A stretch of DNA of 64,000 bases from Cenococcum geophilum (taxonomy: Eukaryota): positions 6,820,001-6,884,000 of the forward strand of contig CP158636.1 in the NCBI GenBank assembly GCA_050273025.1, written 5' to 3'. How positions within the stretch are numbered: the stretch's first letter is position 1; the number at the start of each line of letters is the position of its first letter. Shown here in pieces: positions 14,030 to 27,289 of this stretch. Below the pieces are notes generated by a model that saw only the letters and a list, made by a program, of their open reading frames with translations, did no database searches and was not told where the DNA came from. The position numbers were made by a program, and so were the translations under genes.

Positions 14030-16391
14030 CTTTAAATCCTTCTATACTTACTAGAGAATCTCTTTTATCTAGGAATAAAGCCCCCTATCTTCCTTTTCCC
14101 ACCTCCCATCTATTAGAAAAACCACCTTTTATAGCTTATTAACCCATAGGACTAGTAGCTAGTAGTAAGGTGTAAATGCCTTAGCTATATAATTAAGAAA
14201 ATACCCTTCCCTATTTACTAGCCCCGATTTTAACTTAGCCAACTTAGTAGTATTCTTATAGTTCTAACGCTTAAACTTAGTTAGACCGATATTTTTACCC
14301 AGCCCGTTATAGTATACGCATATCCAGAAAAGCACCTAGAAGAACAACTCCAAATCATACCTAAAGGAGTGTTTCTCGCCCAGAAGCACTCCTATAGCCA
14401 TAAATACTCTTATACTAGTCTTGCCCCATACTCCTAAAGGTCCTTCTCACTTCTCTTTAATCGCGAGATTAAAGTCAATTAAGAATGCCGGCTAAGAAGG
14501 ATTGTTATCTTCTTCGTTCATTATAAGGTTGCCTATTAAAATATTATATTAGATAATGCCAGCCTACATATATAAAGACTTATATCCTTTAATACCACCC
14601 TCTAGTATAGTAAGTATTATAGCCCAAGAGCTTGCCTTATAAAGAGGTTTCCTATAATTACTAGTGATAACGCGTTAATATACGCGATTCTGCACAATAG
14701 AGCGCTTAGTTAAAGAGGTCGAACACAGGCGCTTACTAGGCGGTAATAGGGCGCTGTAGCTAGAAGACCTCTTTCTACTAAAACTGCGGCCTTTCCTTAT
14801 ACTAATTTGCGCTATAGCCAATCTCGGAGGCATTATTAAGCCTTCTAGCTTATAATTTATCGCTCTTATAATATCCAGCCCCTTACGGATATTAAAGATA
14901 TTATTATCTTGTCCACCTATATAAATAGTTTTATAATAATAGTACCTGGCTACGTTAACCACTCCTTTCTCCGTTACCTTAAGCAGCAGTTTACCCTCTT
15001 CCTCGCGCTCCAGGTACTACTACGAGTCTTTAATAATAAGGGGTATCTTAGGTGTCCCTTTACGGTATACTTTCCAGCAAATAGTCACTTAACCAGCGAC
15101 ACAGCGTGCACGCTTTATAAGTTCGTTAAGGATAAGACACTCAGTCTGACCGTTGCGCACAACCTTAATATATCGTTTGCCGTCCGATATTAAAATAGTA
15201 GGGTTAAACCTAAGCTGCTTCTTATTCATCTAGAGAAATCCTAATATTACTAAGGTAAATTATAGTCCGTCTTTATTAATATTAAACAATGATAATACGA
15301 TGCCTCCTACTTAGTTATACTCCTATAACCACATAATAGATCTATAGAGGGTAAAGCCTAGGATAAAGCGACGAGTGTCCTAAGCGGCAAAGACTTCTCT
15401 TATATATTTCCCTAAATCAAACTATGCCTGCAAAGGTATATCGGTGTTTAGATTACTCTTTAGCTCTCCCAGTATAAGTATATGCGACTAATGGCATTAA
15501 GAGCTTTCGCCGGCTATTAGATTATCTATAAAACCAATATCTAGCTTTTACTTCGCCGCAGACCCTTATAAGGGCTGCTTAGTATATATAACGAGCTTTT
15601 GTTATATCTTTAGGGCGGACCCGTACTCCTCTATAAAGCCCAAAAATGATCCAATTAGGTTATTAAACCACTTTAGGACATTATCTTGCTTTGCGCTTTT
15701 AGGCCAGTTATACTAGCCGCCCTTAGCGTATAGCGGATTATCCCCTTCCTTATATTTCTTAAAAACGGCGGCGCTTACCGCCCTAAGGCCTTCTACTTCC
15801 CTAAAGAATACTTTATATAAGTTAGGAATCCCAATATAAAGAGGGCCTAGCTCCTCCTTTAGAACATCATCCACGTATTTCCTATATTTAGACAAGTTAG
15901 CAAAGCTGCTTATATTGCGTTAATATGGGGTTTAAACGTAGAATGGCAGCGGTTAGGGGGGAGGTGTAGACTCTATTACGGTGGCGATAGCATTACTCCA
16001 TACGTCCTTATCTGATTCGCGATTAAGAACTATTTTTAGGAAAGGAGTAAACCGTTTAATATTAAAGTCATTAGAATCAACCAAGGAGCTAAGTCAAAGA
16101 AGGTCGCTATAAAGAGTGCCACGGCTAGCGCTAGATAGCAGTAATTGAGCAGTAGGAAGGTTTTATAATGCCAGGATAAGGTTAACCACAAGATTTTTAA
16201 GCCCTATATATATTAGAGGGGACTTATTAGATAAATTAACAAATACCTTTATCGCCTATCTAATGCAATAAGTCTAGAGAGCTAGGGATACCTAGATCCT
16301 AATAAGTTAAGTTAAATAAATTGTAAAAGTTATTTAGTCCTTCCCTAATAGGCTTCGTTTTAATTATCTCTAATCTAGAAAGATTTACCAT
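14030..16391 (-). pseudogene. Fungal-specific FunK1 (Pkinase_fungal) protein kinase
   Basis: Reverted minus strand: GII..DISIGNLMMNEE..NPSWPAFLIDFDLAI...GKTGTRAFMAIGVLLGEKHSFRHDLESFFWVLFWIC, the upstream ILIPGELKSN motif, and ATG at 16391. ORF-track fragments 14675-14962 and 15713-15895 are pieces of it. Confidence 0.9.
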
Positions 16392-17589
16392 TACAAGCAA
16401 ACGCGCTAAAAGCTACGTTAGGAGGGCCGCGTAGCAGGTAGGTAGGCAGGCGAGAAGGGGAGATTAAAGGGGCTAGTATATAAGGACAGTATAGTAGTAG
16501 GTAAGTGCAGGGAGGCTAGGAATATATTAAGCGCGTCTTACAATAAGGGAATAACTAGGGGGAAAAGTATAAGAAAGGGAGCAAGGTAGGAGCAGATACG
16601 GAAGATTAAAGGTTAGGCGCGGAAAAGTTAAGCTAACCCGACGTGGCTCAGACTAAGGCTTCGTAGGGCTTAGTTAAATACTAAGCCACAATAACCAGTT
16701 TTAGTTTATTCCGTAACGCGTAAGGCTCTAATATAGTAGGGCTCCTAAGAGCGGGTTAACTGGGGTTAGTTGCATAAGCGCCCACGTATAATTATATAAC
16801 TAGTCCTAAAATAAGCTAAACCTAATATACCAGATAGTTAACCTCTTTTTATAGCGGTTAATCGACCCGTTTCCTGAAATTAGGATTTAGTTTCTCAAAA
16901 CCGGATCTAGTTTTTGGAATCGCGCCCTTTTTATAGCAGTTAATTGGCTATCTCCTAGGGCTAGGGTTGGGGCCTTAGCTTCGGGGTAGAGTTGCGATTT
17001 AAGCTAAGGTAAAAATAGCCCTATACTTACCCCTCCCAAGACCATTAAGCTGCTTAGCTTAACACTATCCCTTATACCGTCGTTAGCCATATAGATATAG
17101 CCCGTGCGCGATTATAAGAACATTAAAACCTTAACTACTAAAGTATTGCGGCAGAATTACTAACCGCCTATAAATAAGTAGGTTTACCTTTTTGGCCGTA
17201 TTTAGTGTGTTTAGCTTAGCAGGCGTTCCTAACAGTTAATAGGCCCGTTTCCCGAAAACAGAATCGGGATATAGTCTTTAGAATTAAAATATAGTCTTTA
17301 AAATTGGACCCAGTTCTTAAAATAAGATTTAGTTTTTAGAGTCGCAACCTAGGCTAACATTAAGGGATATATCCTGTATTTATTCTTAACATTCCCACCT
17401 TATTAATATAAAATTCAGAGTTAACCTATACCCTAGTTATTCTATAAAAACACTAAAGAGCTGCCAAGCCATTAATTATTTATTATAGTCATGTATCTAA
17501 AGTAAAGATTACTATTAAGGTCAAAGCGAGCCATAAATAAGAACTTTCAAAAGCAAAAGGGGACCTTCTTAGAAAAGGCCGATAGATTA

Positions 17590-18600
17590 AAGCGACACTT
17601 TAACGCAGATTGCTATATCCTTATACGGCGCAATAGTCAATTTTATATTTATACATCTATAGATTAACCTTTATAGCCTCCAAACCCATAAGACCTAGTA
17701 GGCCCTCTTCTTTCTATTACTATACGGAATATACTAACTATTTTAAAGGAAAGGTTCTATCCTATTCCAGTTAAGAAAACTCTAGCACATTTTAACTAGG
17801 GTAAAGAAGATAGGTTAATAAAGGTTAATTCTAAGCAAAGTGACAACCTTAAGGACTAAGTAAGTTACAGGGTAGCTAACTTATCACTACTAAGCATATA
17901 AAGGTGGAGGACTTACTAAGCTTGCTTACTATAGTTAAGCAAGTCTCTAACTTTAATCCAATATGCAAGAACTTATTTATTTACGTACGGATAATAACAA
18001 GAGATTCTTAATATAGAAGCAACTATATAGAAACAAAATACCAAGCTAAAGAAATCCTAGTTAACGCCTTAATCCTTAATAAATGCTAAAAGAGATAAAC
18101 GTAATTACGAAAATCTTTATAAGAAATTTCTTATTCCTTAAAGTAGAAAGTATAGTTAAGGTTAAAGTAAGCCACGAACAAGAATTTTTAAAAGCATTTA
18201 GTAACCTTAAATAAAGCCAATAGATTATGGCGGCATTACCAGCAGATATATATATTATAGCGCAGCGTAATAGTCAATGTTATCTAGTTATTTACACATC
18301 TATAGATCAGCCTTTATAGCCTCCAGACCTAGAAACCCTTATTTTCTTCTATTATTCCACAAACTAACTTCTATTTTAAGGACAAATTCTATCCTCTACT
18401 AGTAAAGAAGACGCTAGTAGAGAGTAACTAGACTTAAATACGTAACAGGGGAACGTGGTGCTCGCTTTAGACGCTAAGCTTAGTTAGATCTACTAACTTA
18501 TTACTAATTAAGCATTTAAATACAGCAAATACTCGCTATAAAGGGTAGGGCTAGTTCTAGCTTAAATCTAACAAAATTTCTTTAATAAGCAAATAATATA
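17590..18600 (+). repeat. Tandem pair of diverged ~400-bp units (probable small paralogous gene relics)
   Basis: 17625 cggcgcaatagtcaa...acatctatagattaacctttatagcctccaaacc matches 18263 cagcgtaatagtcaa...acatctatagatcagcctttatagcctccagacc. Similarity continues through ttctatcct..gt.aagaa.ac.ctag and ctaactta..act. Confidence 0.7.
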
Positions 18601-19919
18601 AATAACTAAAGAGCGTACCATTTAAGCCAACAAATTTCCTCCTTAATTCTGCAGACTTCTCTATCCTAAGGCTAAGCGTACCCTTTTTCTCTTTGCCGTA
18701 ATCTTATTTCTAGCCTTTACAACCTATTTATCTCTATAATCTAAAGTTTTATTACTACCTCCCTTAAGAGTATAAATTTCGTTTTAAAACCGCCTAATAG
18801 TACCTCTTATTTCTCTCCAGTCACTTCTTAGGCTGTTAATCCAATCGTTAGCCTTCCCTAGATAACTTAAAATATAGCGGTTGCTTTCTTTAAGGCTGCT
18901 AACTTTCCCATTAATTTAGCTAAGCCTATAGCTAAATTAATTAACTAAGCTATCTAGTCTCTCTATTGCCCCTAATAGAGTAAGCTGGGGGTTAATAAGC
19001 TTTATTGGAAAGAGTTACCAAGCGGACTATATTAAGACGACCTCTTTATCTTATTAGTGCGGGGCGAGTATTTCCTTATAGTTCCTTCTGTATTAGCCTC
19101 GTCGTTCTCTAAATTACTCTTACGTTCTAGTACTAACTAAATATCCTACTTATATAAGCTAGCGAACGGACAAAACTACAGGGAAGCAACTATCGTATAC
19201 CTACCCTACTATATTAACGGCCTTATTAAAGCCCTTAGGATTAAAAGCAAGCGGTATATCCTAGCTCCGTTAGCGGTATCCCATAAAGGATTTAATATTT
19301 AGAGCGCACCTTAATCTAATATAATGTAGTATCCTCTATTATAGCTTCTAAGTTGCTCATTATTAAAGAAATAAGGCAGCTAATAGTTTAAGTATCTTTA
19401 CAAGAAAGTAAGGAGGAATTTCCTTAAAGGATACTATACTTAATATAGGTCTGGTTAAAGGATATAAAGGCCTTTTATATCCTACTCCTCTCTACTACTT
19501 GGCTAATAAGAGAGCTAATAGTAGGCTCTGCTTCAACTATACCTCAAAAGTTAAGCCAATTTACTAACTTAGGGATACTAGCACAGTATTACAAATGCAC
19601 TATAATACAGCCACGATAAGAGCATAATCCTTCCCCGTCTACACCCCACTTACTATGCCTCTATAGGAGGGTTATATTAAACAATAAGGGCTAGCATCAA
19701 CCCCTTTCTTCCAATCATTCTAAGACGGCGATATAGAGGCAGCTAATTAAGTGTTGCTTTGTACAGCAATGCCCATCTAGTTATATAGCTTCACTTAAGC
19801 CCCATTACGCGCCTTAATGTAACTTCCTATCGCCTTAATAAATTAACAGCTAACGAGCCTAGCCTAAGGTCAAGACAAGGTAAACAGGCAACTTAGCTTT
19901 TAGATAGCCCCAATAGTGC

Positions 19920-20285
19920 AGGGTTTAGAGGCGTTTATATAAAGTTATAAACTAAAACCGGAAGCCAATAATAACCTCCTAATAACGCCTTACCTAGCAG
20001 GAGTAGCATTATATAGTCTACTCCTAACGCCCACCCTTTACAGAGCAGGACACTACTTAAGCAGTAGACTTATCTCAGCCAGTTAATCTTATATATTTAC
20101 TCCCCATTTATAGCAAAGGAGCTATTAGTGCGTTATAAGGTAGTTTAATTAATATTCTAGCTAAGCCCTTTATAAGCGCTCCGCCTTATACAGGCGGTAT
20201 AACAACTCCTATTAATCTACCTTACGTTAAAAGAGGACTTATATTTAAGACAGTGGGTAGCCAGTACTTAAAGGCATATAGACTT
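19920..20285 (+). repeat. Dispersed ~360-bp repeat, copy 1 (copy 2 at 34330-34690)
   Basis: gggtttagaggcgtttatataaagttataaact... through ...ctagctaagccctttataagcgctccgccttata.aggcgg...actcctattaatctacctt is shared by both copies. Confidence 0.9.
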
Positions 20286-20569
20286 ATACCCTTATTTATA
20301 CATTTTACTGCGTCCTTATTTCTATAAGTAGTCGGTTTACTTTTCACTTATCATTCGTCTATTAGAACACTCCATCTTCTCCTTTTTTTACTAGCCATTC
20401 TGTCTAGTTATTAACGTTAATCCTCCTCTCCTCTATAACAACTATTCTAGAATTTGCTTTAGATCCTTACTTATAAAATTAACTAAAAAAAAAAAGCTAA
20501 ACGCACCATTGTAGATTTGAGGCGTTAGTGTTGGCCTAAGTACTATTAGACTTCTTAGTCTTTGCTATA

Positions 20570-22212
20570 CATAGGTACCCTCTAGACTATAAAATCGCCC
20601 TTCTCCATCCTGCTCTTTCTAGGAATAATTAAAAGCCGTGCTTATAATAGCATATTTAGATCTAGCAATACTCTTAAAAGCCTGTTAAGCAGCCTAGATA
20701 GGGTTTAACGATAAATAACCCAACGAAGAGGCCAGTATAGGCCTGCGAAGATCCTTACATCCTAGGCCAATAACCAAGGAGAAAAGGCTAAAAGTAGCTT
20801 TAAAGTATAAGATACCTGCCAAGGATCAGGTTCGTGCCGTCTTATTTAGCTTATAGATAAATATACTTCTTCTTACCGTTCCTGTTAGCTTTATAGTTAA
20901 TTATCTTTACGCTAATAGTATTACCATATTTATCGTTAACTTTATTACTATTATTCCGCTTACTATAATACTTAGCTGCGCTACTAAAGAGATTGCGCTC
21001 CGCGCCGGTAATATATTAGGTGGTCTTTTAAACGCAACTTTTGGGTACGTTTCTCTGCTTCTTATTTATCCTAATATTATCTAATATTTGGCGCAGAAAC
21101 GCTATTAAATTAATTATCTCTATCTTAGCCCTAACTAAAGGCCAGATTACCATTATTAAAACTTCCTTAATCGGCAGTATGCTTTTAAACTTACTCCTTA
21201 TCCTTAGCATATACTTCTTCTTTAGAGGTATTAACCGGATAAAATAATATTTTAATATAATAGTAGCAGATACTGCGGCCGGTTTTCTAGCTCTATACAT
21301 TAGCGGTCTAATTATTCTAACTATCTTCTACTCTACGCTATTAAGTAAGTTTAATAATAGCTTTAGACCTATAATAGATACTAACCCATATAGCTATAAG
21401 CCCTAATAGCTCTATACTTAATCGGGAGCTTTCCCATAGAACAGCTGTTATCCTCCTAATTATATACGTTTGCTACCTTATATTTTAATTAAAGTTATAT
21501 ACCAAAATATGTAATACTCTAAGCCAAAAGGCTCCTAAGCGCAAATCCTCCCAAGTTAAGTAGGGTATGTCTCTCCGTAGTATCGCACAGATTAGCGCTA
21601 AAGCGGCGGCTATATCTAGAGGCGGAGTAAACTAAGAATAGCTTATACAGGATTTAAACGCAGAAGAGGAAGATAATAAGATTAAGGAGCCCAAATTAAC
21701 GATCTAGGGTGCAATTATAACCCTTAGATTCTCTACTATGTTGGTCGCCTTCTGTTCTAAGTTTATAGTTAATAGCATTAGTAATATTACGGCAAGCGGC
21801 ACTATCTCTACCACTTTTATTAGTCTTATCCTACTCCTAATTGTTAGGAACGCTGCCAAGTATATAATAGCGGTCATAATAGCTTACAAAGATAAGATAA
21901 GTCTAGTAATTAATATTACTATTAAATCTAGTATATAAATCGCTCTTCTAGTTCTCCCCTTTATTATTATACTTAGTTAGATTATTAACTAGGATTATAT
22001 AACGCTTTATTTCAATATCTTTCTAATTACTATTTTATTTGTTGCCGTGCTCCTAGTAAACTATCTTATCTAAGATAGTAAATCTAGTAAGTTTTCCTTT
22101 CTATATAGGTAATCTACTTTAACTAACACTAAAATAGACTGGCTTAAAGGCGTTCTTATTATAATAATCTATACTATTATTGCAGTTGCTAGCTAGTTTT
22201 ATCCAAAATAAG
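20570..22212 (+). pseudogene. Vacuolar Ca2+/H+ exchanger (CAX/VCX1 family), RIP pseudogene
   Basis: GGLLNATFG, intron, NA.ELIISILAL.KGQI.I..TSLIGSML.NLLL (alpha-1 repeat); ILL.IVGNAAE...KDKM.L.I...I.SS.QIALLVLP (alpha-2 repeat); DGKS, intron, WLEGVL...IIAVA..FYP. Confidence 0.92.
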
Positions 22213-23814
22213 TTTTAGATCCTCTTTATCCTACTTAGTTTAAGCCTCTAATTACTATCTTACTCCTCTATTAGTGTCGACTAGTTTCCATTACCTGGAG
22301 CTAAATAGGATTTTTATAAATTGTATATATAGCTTTCTAGCAAACCCTAGGCTGATCTTCTCGTATCTATTAAGCCGTCCAGGTTACCTAAAATATTACT
22401 TTCTTTTGTTTTCTCTTAAAAAAAACCCTTTTATATTTATGTTACTTTTCTTTTATATATATACAGTTAAAACTAGTTAGTACGATACGGTTTATACAGC
22501 CGAGCGTATCGTTATACTAATGGTATTGTTATATAAAGAGTCACATATTGGGTTAATAAGCAATAAAGGGGGGGCTTTATACTTAAAAAGGCTTAAGGCG
22601 TCCACCTTACCGGCTAAATTAGGCTCCCTCCTATACAAAATCTTTACTGGTTATACCGATTTTAGTGTAGAGAACTTAACAATATTATAAAAAGTCAGAT
22701 TATTATAAAATATACCCAAAAAATTTTAATTAAGGCCTGTAGATCGTAATATAGAGTATATTATTATAACTAGGTATTGTACTAAAGAGTTTTAACTATA
22801 TACAGATTGTGTCTTATTATACTGTTCTTAACTACTTAAATCCTCTTACATACTTATTATACCTATAATAGTGCGAGAATAATTGCTACTATTAACGAAT
22901 TAGTACGTCTAATATATCTCTAGCACAATAGATATATAAAACAGGTAACTATATATAGTTATAATAGCGCTAATACTAGCAAACTAAATATATCTTAGTA
23001 TATGGATATTTACTATACAAGCGCACGGTGTCTAAGCTATAATGCGATATTATTATCTCTTTAGCTACTTCCGTTAAAGTCTTATATAATAGCTCTTTTG
23101 CTACTACAGTGCCCATTACTTTACTCGGAGACAGCACCTAAAAATCCCCCAAATGCCCTTATTCCGTATGCTGCTTAGCTCGCTTCTTAGCCTAATAAGC
23201 CTTTTACCTTAACTTCTTCTATTTTTACCTCTAATTATATATTTACTAGGAGCACCTAGCCTACGTATAAGCACTCTATAGCTTAGGCTGTATTAGGTTT
23301 TAGCTCCATATTTACAGTAGTGCGGTTACTTTCTTCTTAGTTAGAATTAAAAACACCATCTATTGTATTTAAACCCTCTACTTCCTTAAACGCCTTATTA
23401 TACTCTAGGTTACTTACCTCTAACTTAGACGCAGAGTTTAACGGGCTTTAGCCTGCGTTTATGGCGATATCTAGGTAGTTAGGGCCAACAAAATTCATTA
23501 GAACTGTGTCGCCTTGGCTAGGCTAGGTATTACGTTCCTTTTAGCGTCTTCAATGTGGTGGAACCGCGGCTTATTAGGGGGTAAATGGCAGAGGCAAAGG
23601 CAAGGGGGTAGCCTTTAGCTTAACAGGTTAAAGACTAGGGAAGCGATAAAGCATATTATCAGAGTCGTAGTATAAGCTAGACATAGAAGGACATAGAAAC
23701 GTAAAATATAGTCGGTTAGGAGGTATAAATAGGAGAAGGGATCCTTAAGGGTATTCGCTCATTAAAATCGGCTTATTATTCGCTTAGGTATAAATGTCCT
23801 ACTTACACCTCCTT

Positions 23815-24060
23815 TATAAAGTAGATCGTAGCTTTAACCGCGCTAATGTCTAAAAAACGCCACCTTAATAAGGGTATGGCCGGAGCAGGTCGTCCACCCT
23901 TCCTACTAGCGGTAGCAATATGCCACCTAAACTAAAGTTAAACTACCCACCACCTAGTCTAAGGACGCTTTCGCGCTAACAGATCAAAATCCGGGCTATA
24001 ACCTATCTAAGTATCTCACTTATATACCTTTTACTATACTACTACTAACGCTTTAAACTA
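23815..24060 (-). repeat. Inverted copy of the NLR 3' flank, part 1 (matches 32425-32670)
   Basis: The reverse complement matches, e.g. aacgccaccttaataagggt / acccttattaaggtggcgtt and gccacctaaactaaagttaaactacc / ggtagtttaactttagtttaggtggc. Confidence 0.92.
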
Positions 24061-26139
24061 ACATGGCTCACCCCTAAATAAGACAACCCCCCTAATAAGA
24101 TACTTACACCTAAATACAATTATATTAATAATTAAACCAACAACGCCTATATTTAAAAACTAAATAGCCCAAATTAAAGCGACTACGCTTCTTATTATAG
24201 AAGAAAACGGCTTAGTAATTTCCGGGTACGTTATAGGCGTAATATTACACCTAGCGTTGGCTAATTAAATAGCTTACCACTACACTCTTCTAAGGCTCCT
24301 TTCTAGATCAGCTTATCACCAAAATCCTCCACAGGCTAAGGATTACACTAAAAGACGTGTATAAAGGTTGCCTAGTCTTGATTATATTCGCCAGGGTTTA
24401 ATACAGATCTAGTATATAAAGCAACATTAAGCTCTAGTAGAGACGTCCCTTCCTTATACTCCTTTTAAGCTAACTTTTAGGCGGCGAGCTCTTGTTTTTC
24501 TAGGTCCTCTGCCTTTAATCTATCGACGTCTTCCTGGGTAAGGACTCTGCCCTTACTTAGGAGTCTCCTACTACTTTTCTTATCTATTTTAAATGCTTAA
24601 AACTTCTTATTCTCTTCTCTCTGTATATATGCATTAGTCGCAAAGCCTATAACAGCTTTAAATAGCTTTTTGAGACGTCGTTAAATGGGGGATTTAAGCA
24701 TACCGTCTAGTCGCTCAGTAGTTGATTCGGTAATCTAATCTCGTAGAGACTAAAGGTCCTCTACCATTTTAGGTGTCCTTAGCGTTTAAGGACCTATACC
24801 TATAATTGATTATAGGCTTGCGGAGGGCTCTACATTTAGTAGAGTCTTTAAAACAGCCGTAAGATTATACGGCAGAAGACCTATAGCTTTCCAGGCGTTA
24901 CAAATCGTCTTATAGGTAAACGCCTTTGTACGCGCCGCTGGGTAGAGCTTTATAAAATACTCTTTGTTTACCCCTATATAGCCATATCGACAGAAGTTAT
25001 CTACTTCTTCACCGTAGTAGTGTTAAAGAGGTCCAAAACAGCCTACATCTAGTGGCTAAAGCTTATGCGTTAAATGAGGCGGGAGAGCTACTAGGACGAT
25101 CTTGCGCAATAGTGCATACTAGATAAACTACTAGGTAAGATAGCTTAAATAATTATCTATTAGAAGTATACGGTAGCCTTAAATATTACCCTCAGCGTCC
25201 TCCATAAGTTGTCTCGTGTATTTATTATAGTATTTAATATAATATAGGCCCAACAAGTCGTCCGTCTAGCCATTAGTTGAGGTCGCATAGGCATATCCGC
25301 GAAGGCGCTTATCGTACTCAGTAATTTAATACCAAGTCTCCTAGTGTTGCTACCCCTTCCAAATTAGAAACGGAGGTAGGTAAGAGCCATTAGCGGTAAT
25401 TGTCTCTATAATAGAGACTAACTCTCAAGATCCCGGTTATCAAACGGTCCGATTCTTTAACCTCTCCCTACTATTCTTACCAGAGACGATTATTCAAGCC
25501 ATTGCTGCTTGGCCTAGCATAACCCCTTTCTCGTCAAAGTTAGCTATAAATTTTAAGTGCTTAATTAAATATTTGTTTCGTACGCTTTAAAAGAACTTAA
25601 ACCAATTATAGATAATAACTAGATTATTATTCTAGGCCCTCTAGCAATCCAATTAACGACTCATAATAGTATAGAGCCCGTGGCGTTATATAAATTTCAC
25701 CCCCTAGTATTTGCCTATTACCCTACCTTCTGCCAAAAATAAGCTCGCCATTGTAGGAAGCATATTAACCTTTATCGCAAGGCCCCAGGACTAATATTTG
25801 TGTATCCATTTAATAATTTAATCCTCCTAATAAGGATGCAGTAGCGTTTTATAAGCCAGGTGTTGAGGGAGACGCCTAGTAAGGCAATGCGCAACGGTAG
25901 AATAGGGTAATGCGCGAACGCTAGAGGCTTTGCGAATTAATAGCTTAACGCCCAATTCAATGTCTTATATAGCTTTTTATATAGAGACTTCAGCTTTATA
26001 AGAACTTAATTAGGGGAGGGACATATTAATTTGTATAAGGAATTTCGGGTTTAGGTGTAATTTAGTAGGGAAGAAGAAGAGCGCGTATAAACGCGTATGT
26101 CTTACTTAGGGGGGTATCTCGCTTAGGGGTAAGCCACGT
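24061..26139 (-). mobile_element. Pogo/Fot1 (Tc1-mariner superfamily) DNA transposon, RIP-inactivated
   Basis: ~40-bp TIRs (acRtggctYacccctaa...) and a TA target duplication at 24059-60 and 26140-41. Removing the element restores colinearity with 32416-32435. Confidence 0.93.
24300..26024 (-). pseudogene. Pogo/Fot1 DDE_1 transposase
   Basis: ATG at 26024; HTH region (SIRKAS...LPYSTVAH); NFDEKGVMLG; STNGWTDD; LLMDNHSSHLT; LPPHSTHKLQPLDVGCFGPL (reverted). Confidence 0.9.
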
Positions 26140-26678
26140 TATATACTAACTAGAATATATAGGTAAGGGAGTATTATATTAACCTTATACGCGCCCTATA
26201 GACTTATAATAGAAATAAACCGCGTTTTATTTCTTATATATCTATATAATTTCAGAGCTATTAACTACACTACATTTCCTGCATTAGAGACGAATAGTAA
26301 TAAAAGCATATAAAAGTAGTAGGATGCTCTAGGCTAAGCGCACGTTCGTACCCACTACCTACCCTTTAATATAGTACCGAAGCAGCTTCGTATTATTGCT
26401 ATTAATAAAGAAGGGAAGCCAAGTAGTATACGCTGGTCAGCATATCTAGGTGCTCTTTCCCTAGCGCCTTCTCTTTTCCCTCCAACGCTTACCAGTTTAT
26501 CTCCTCTGCCGCTTTATACTTTCCCTAATACCACAGCACTAACGCCAGGTTACTTACGCTGGTTAGCGTATCTAAGTACTCTTTTCCTAGCGCCTTCTTA
26601 TATCCCTTCAACGCTCGCTAGTTTATCTCCTCTACCGCTTTACACTTTCCCTAATACTACAGCACCAACGCCAGGTTG
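26140..26678 (-). repeat. Inverted copy of the NLR C-terminus: ~2 TPR units, terminal capping repeat and 3' flank (matches ~31930-32425)
   Basis: The minus strand reads NLALVL.YQGK.KA.EE.N.RAL.GY.KALGKE..DTLTSVSNLA...DMLTSVY.LASLL....YEAASVLY.R.GSGYERAL..EHPTT. Confidence 0.92.
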
Positions 26679-27289
26679 TAAAGTTTCCTAATTATAGCTT
26701 TACTCATACCACAAACAGCGGTAATTTAGGTATTTATTAACCTAGAAATCTTTATAGTTAGGGCCTAAGCCCTAGTAGCAATATTATAATAATTAACCAT
26801 AAGAAATAATAAGAAATTAATCTATTTTAAAGACTACACAGTATAGTATTAGGGGGAGGGTCAGGGGGAGGGTTATATTAGTAGCAACCCCGCCATAGGC
26901 GCTAAGCCTCACTTACGCCATACCAAGCCACTAATAGCTAGCGTGACTTAGGGGGGGGGAGGCAATCAAAACTTTTAAACGCTGCCTTTATACTATTAAT
27001 ACTATTTACTATATAGATATAATATCTTCTAAAGCATAAGCAGTATTATACTTTAACATCGTTTATTCTATATCTTTAATTAAAAATAGCTAATACGCAC
27101 TAGCATAACCAAATATTTCAGGCTAGGCGGCGCGCTACACCCTGCTCTCCCCTTACTGGCCAATACGCAGCACACACAGCTCTGCCAGCCTTCAGCCTTC
27201 CTTAGCCTAGTATAGAGTGCGCACTCTCTCTTCTAACGCCTATTTAAGCGCCCTACCCTCCTCCCATAACACGTCCTAACTTATATATT

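Noticed and set aside
21028..21938. Short ORFs as independent genes
   Set aside because: They are fragments or antisense shadows of the Ca2+/H+ exchanger pseudogene.
22500..23700. Possible minus-strand gene relic (similar hints at 5440-6200, 18600-19350, 33000-33900 and 34800-35090)
   Set aside because: The composition looks coding, but I recognised no motif and could not define boundaries.
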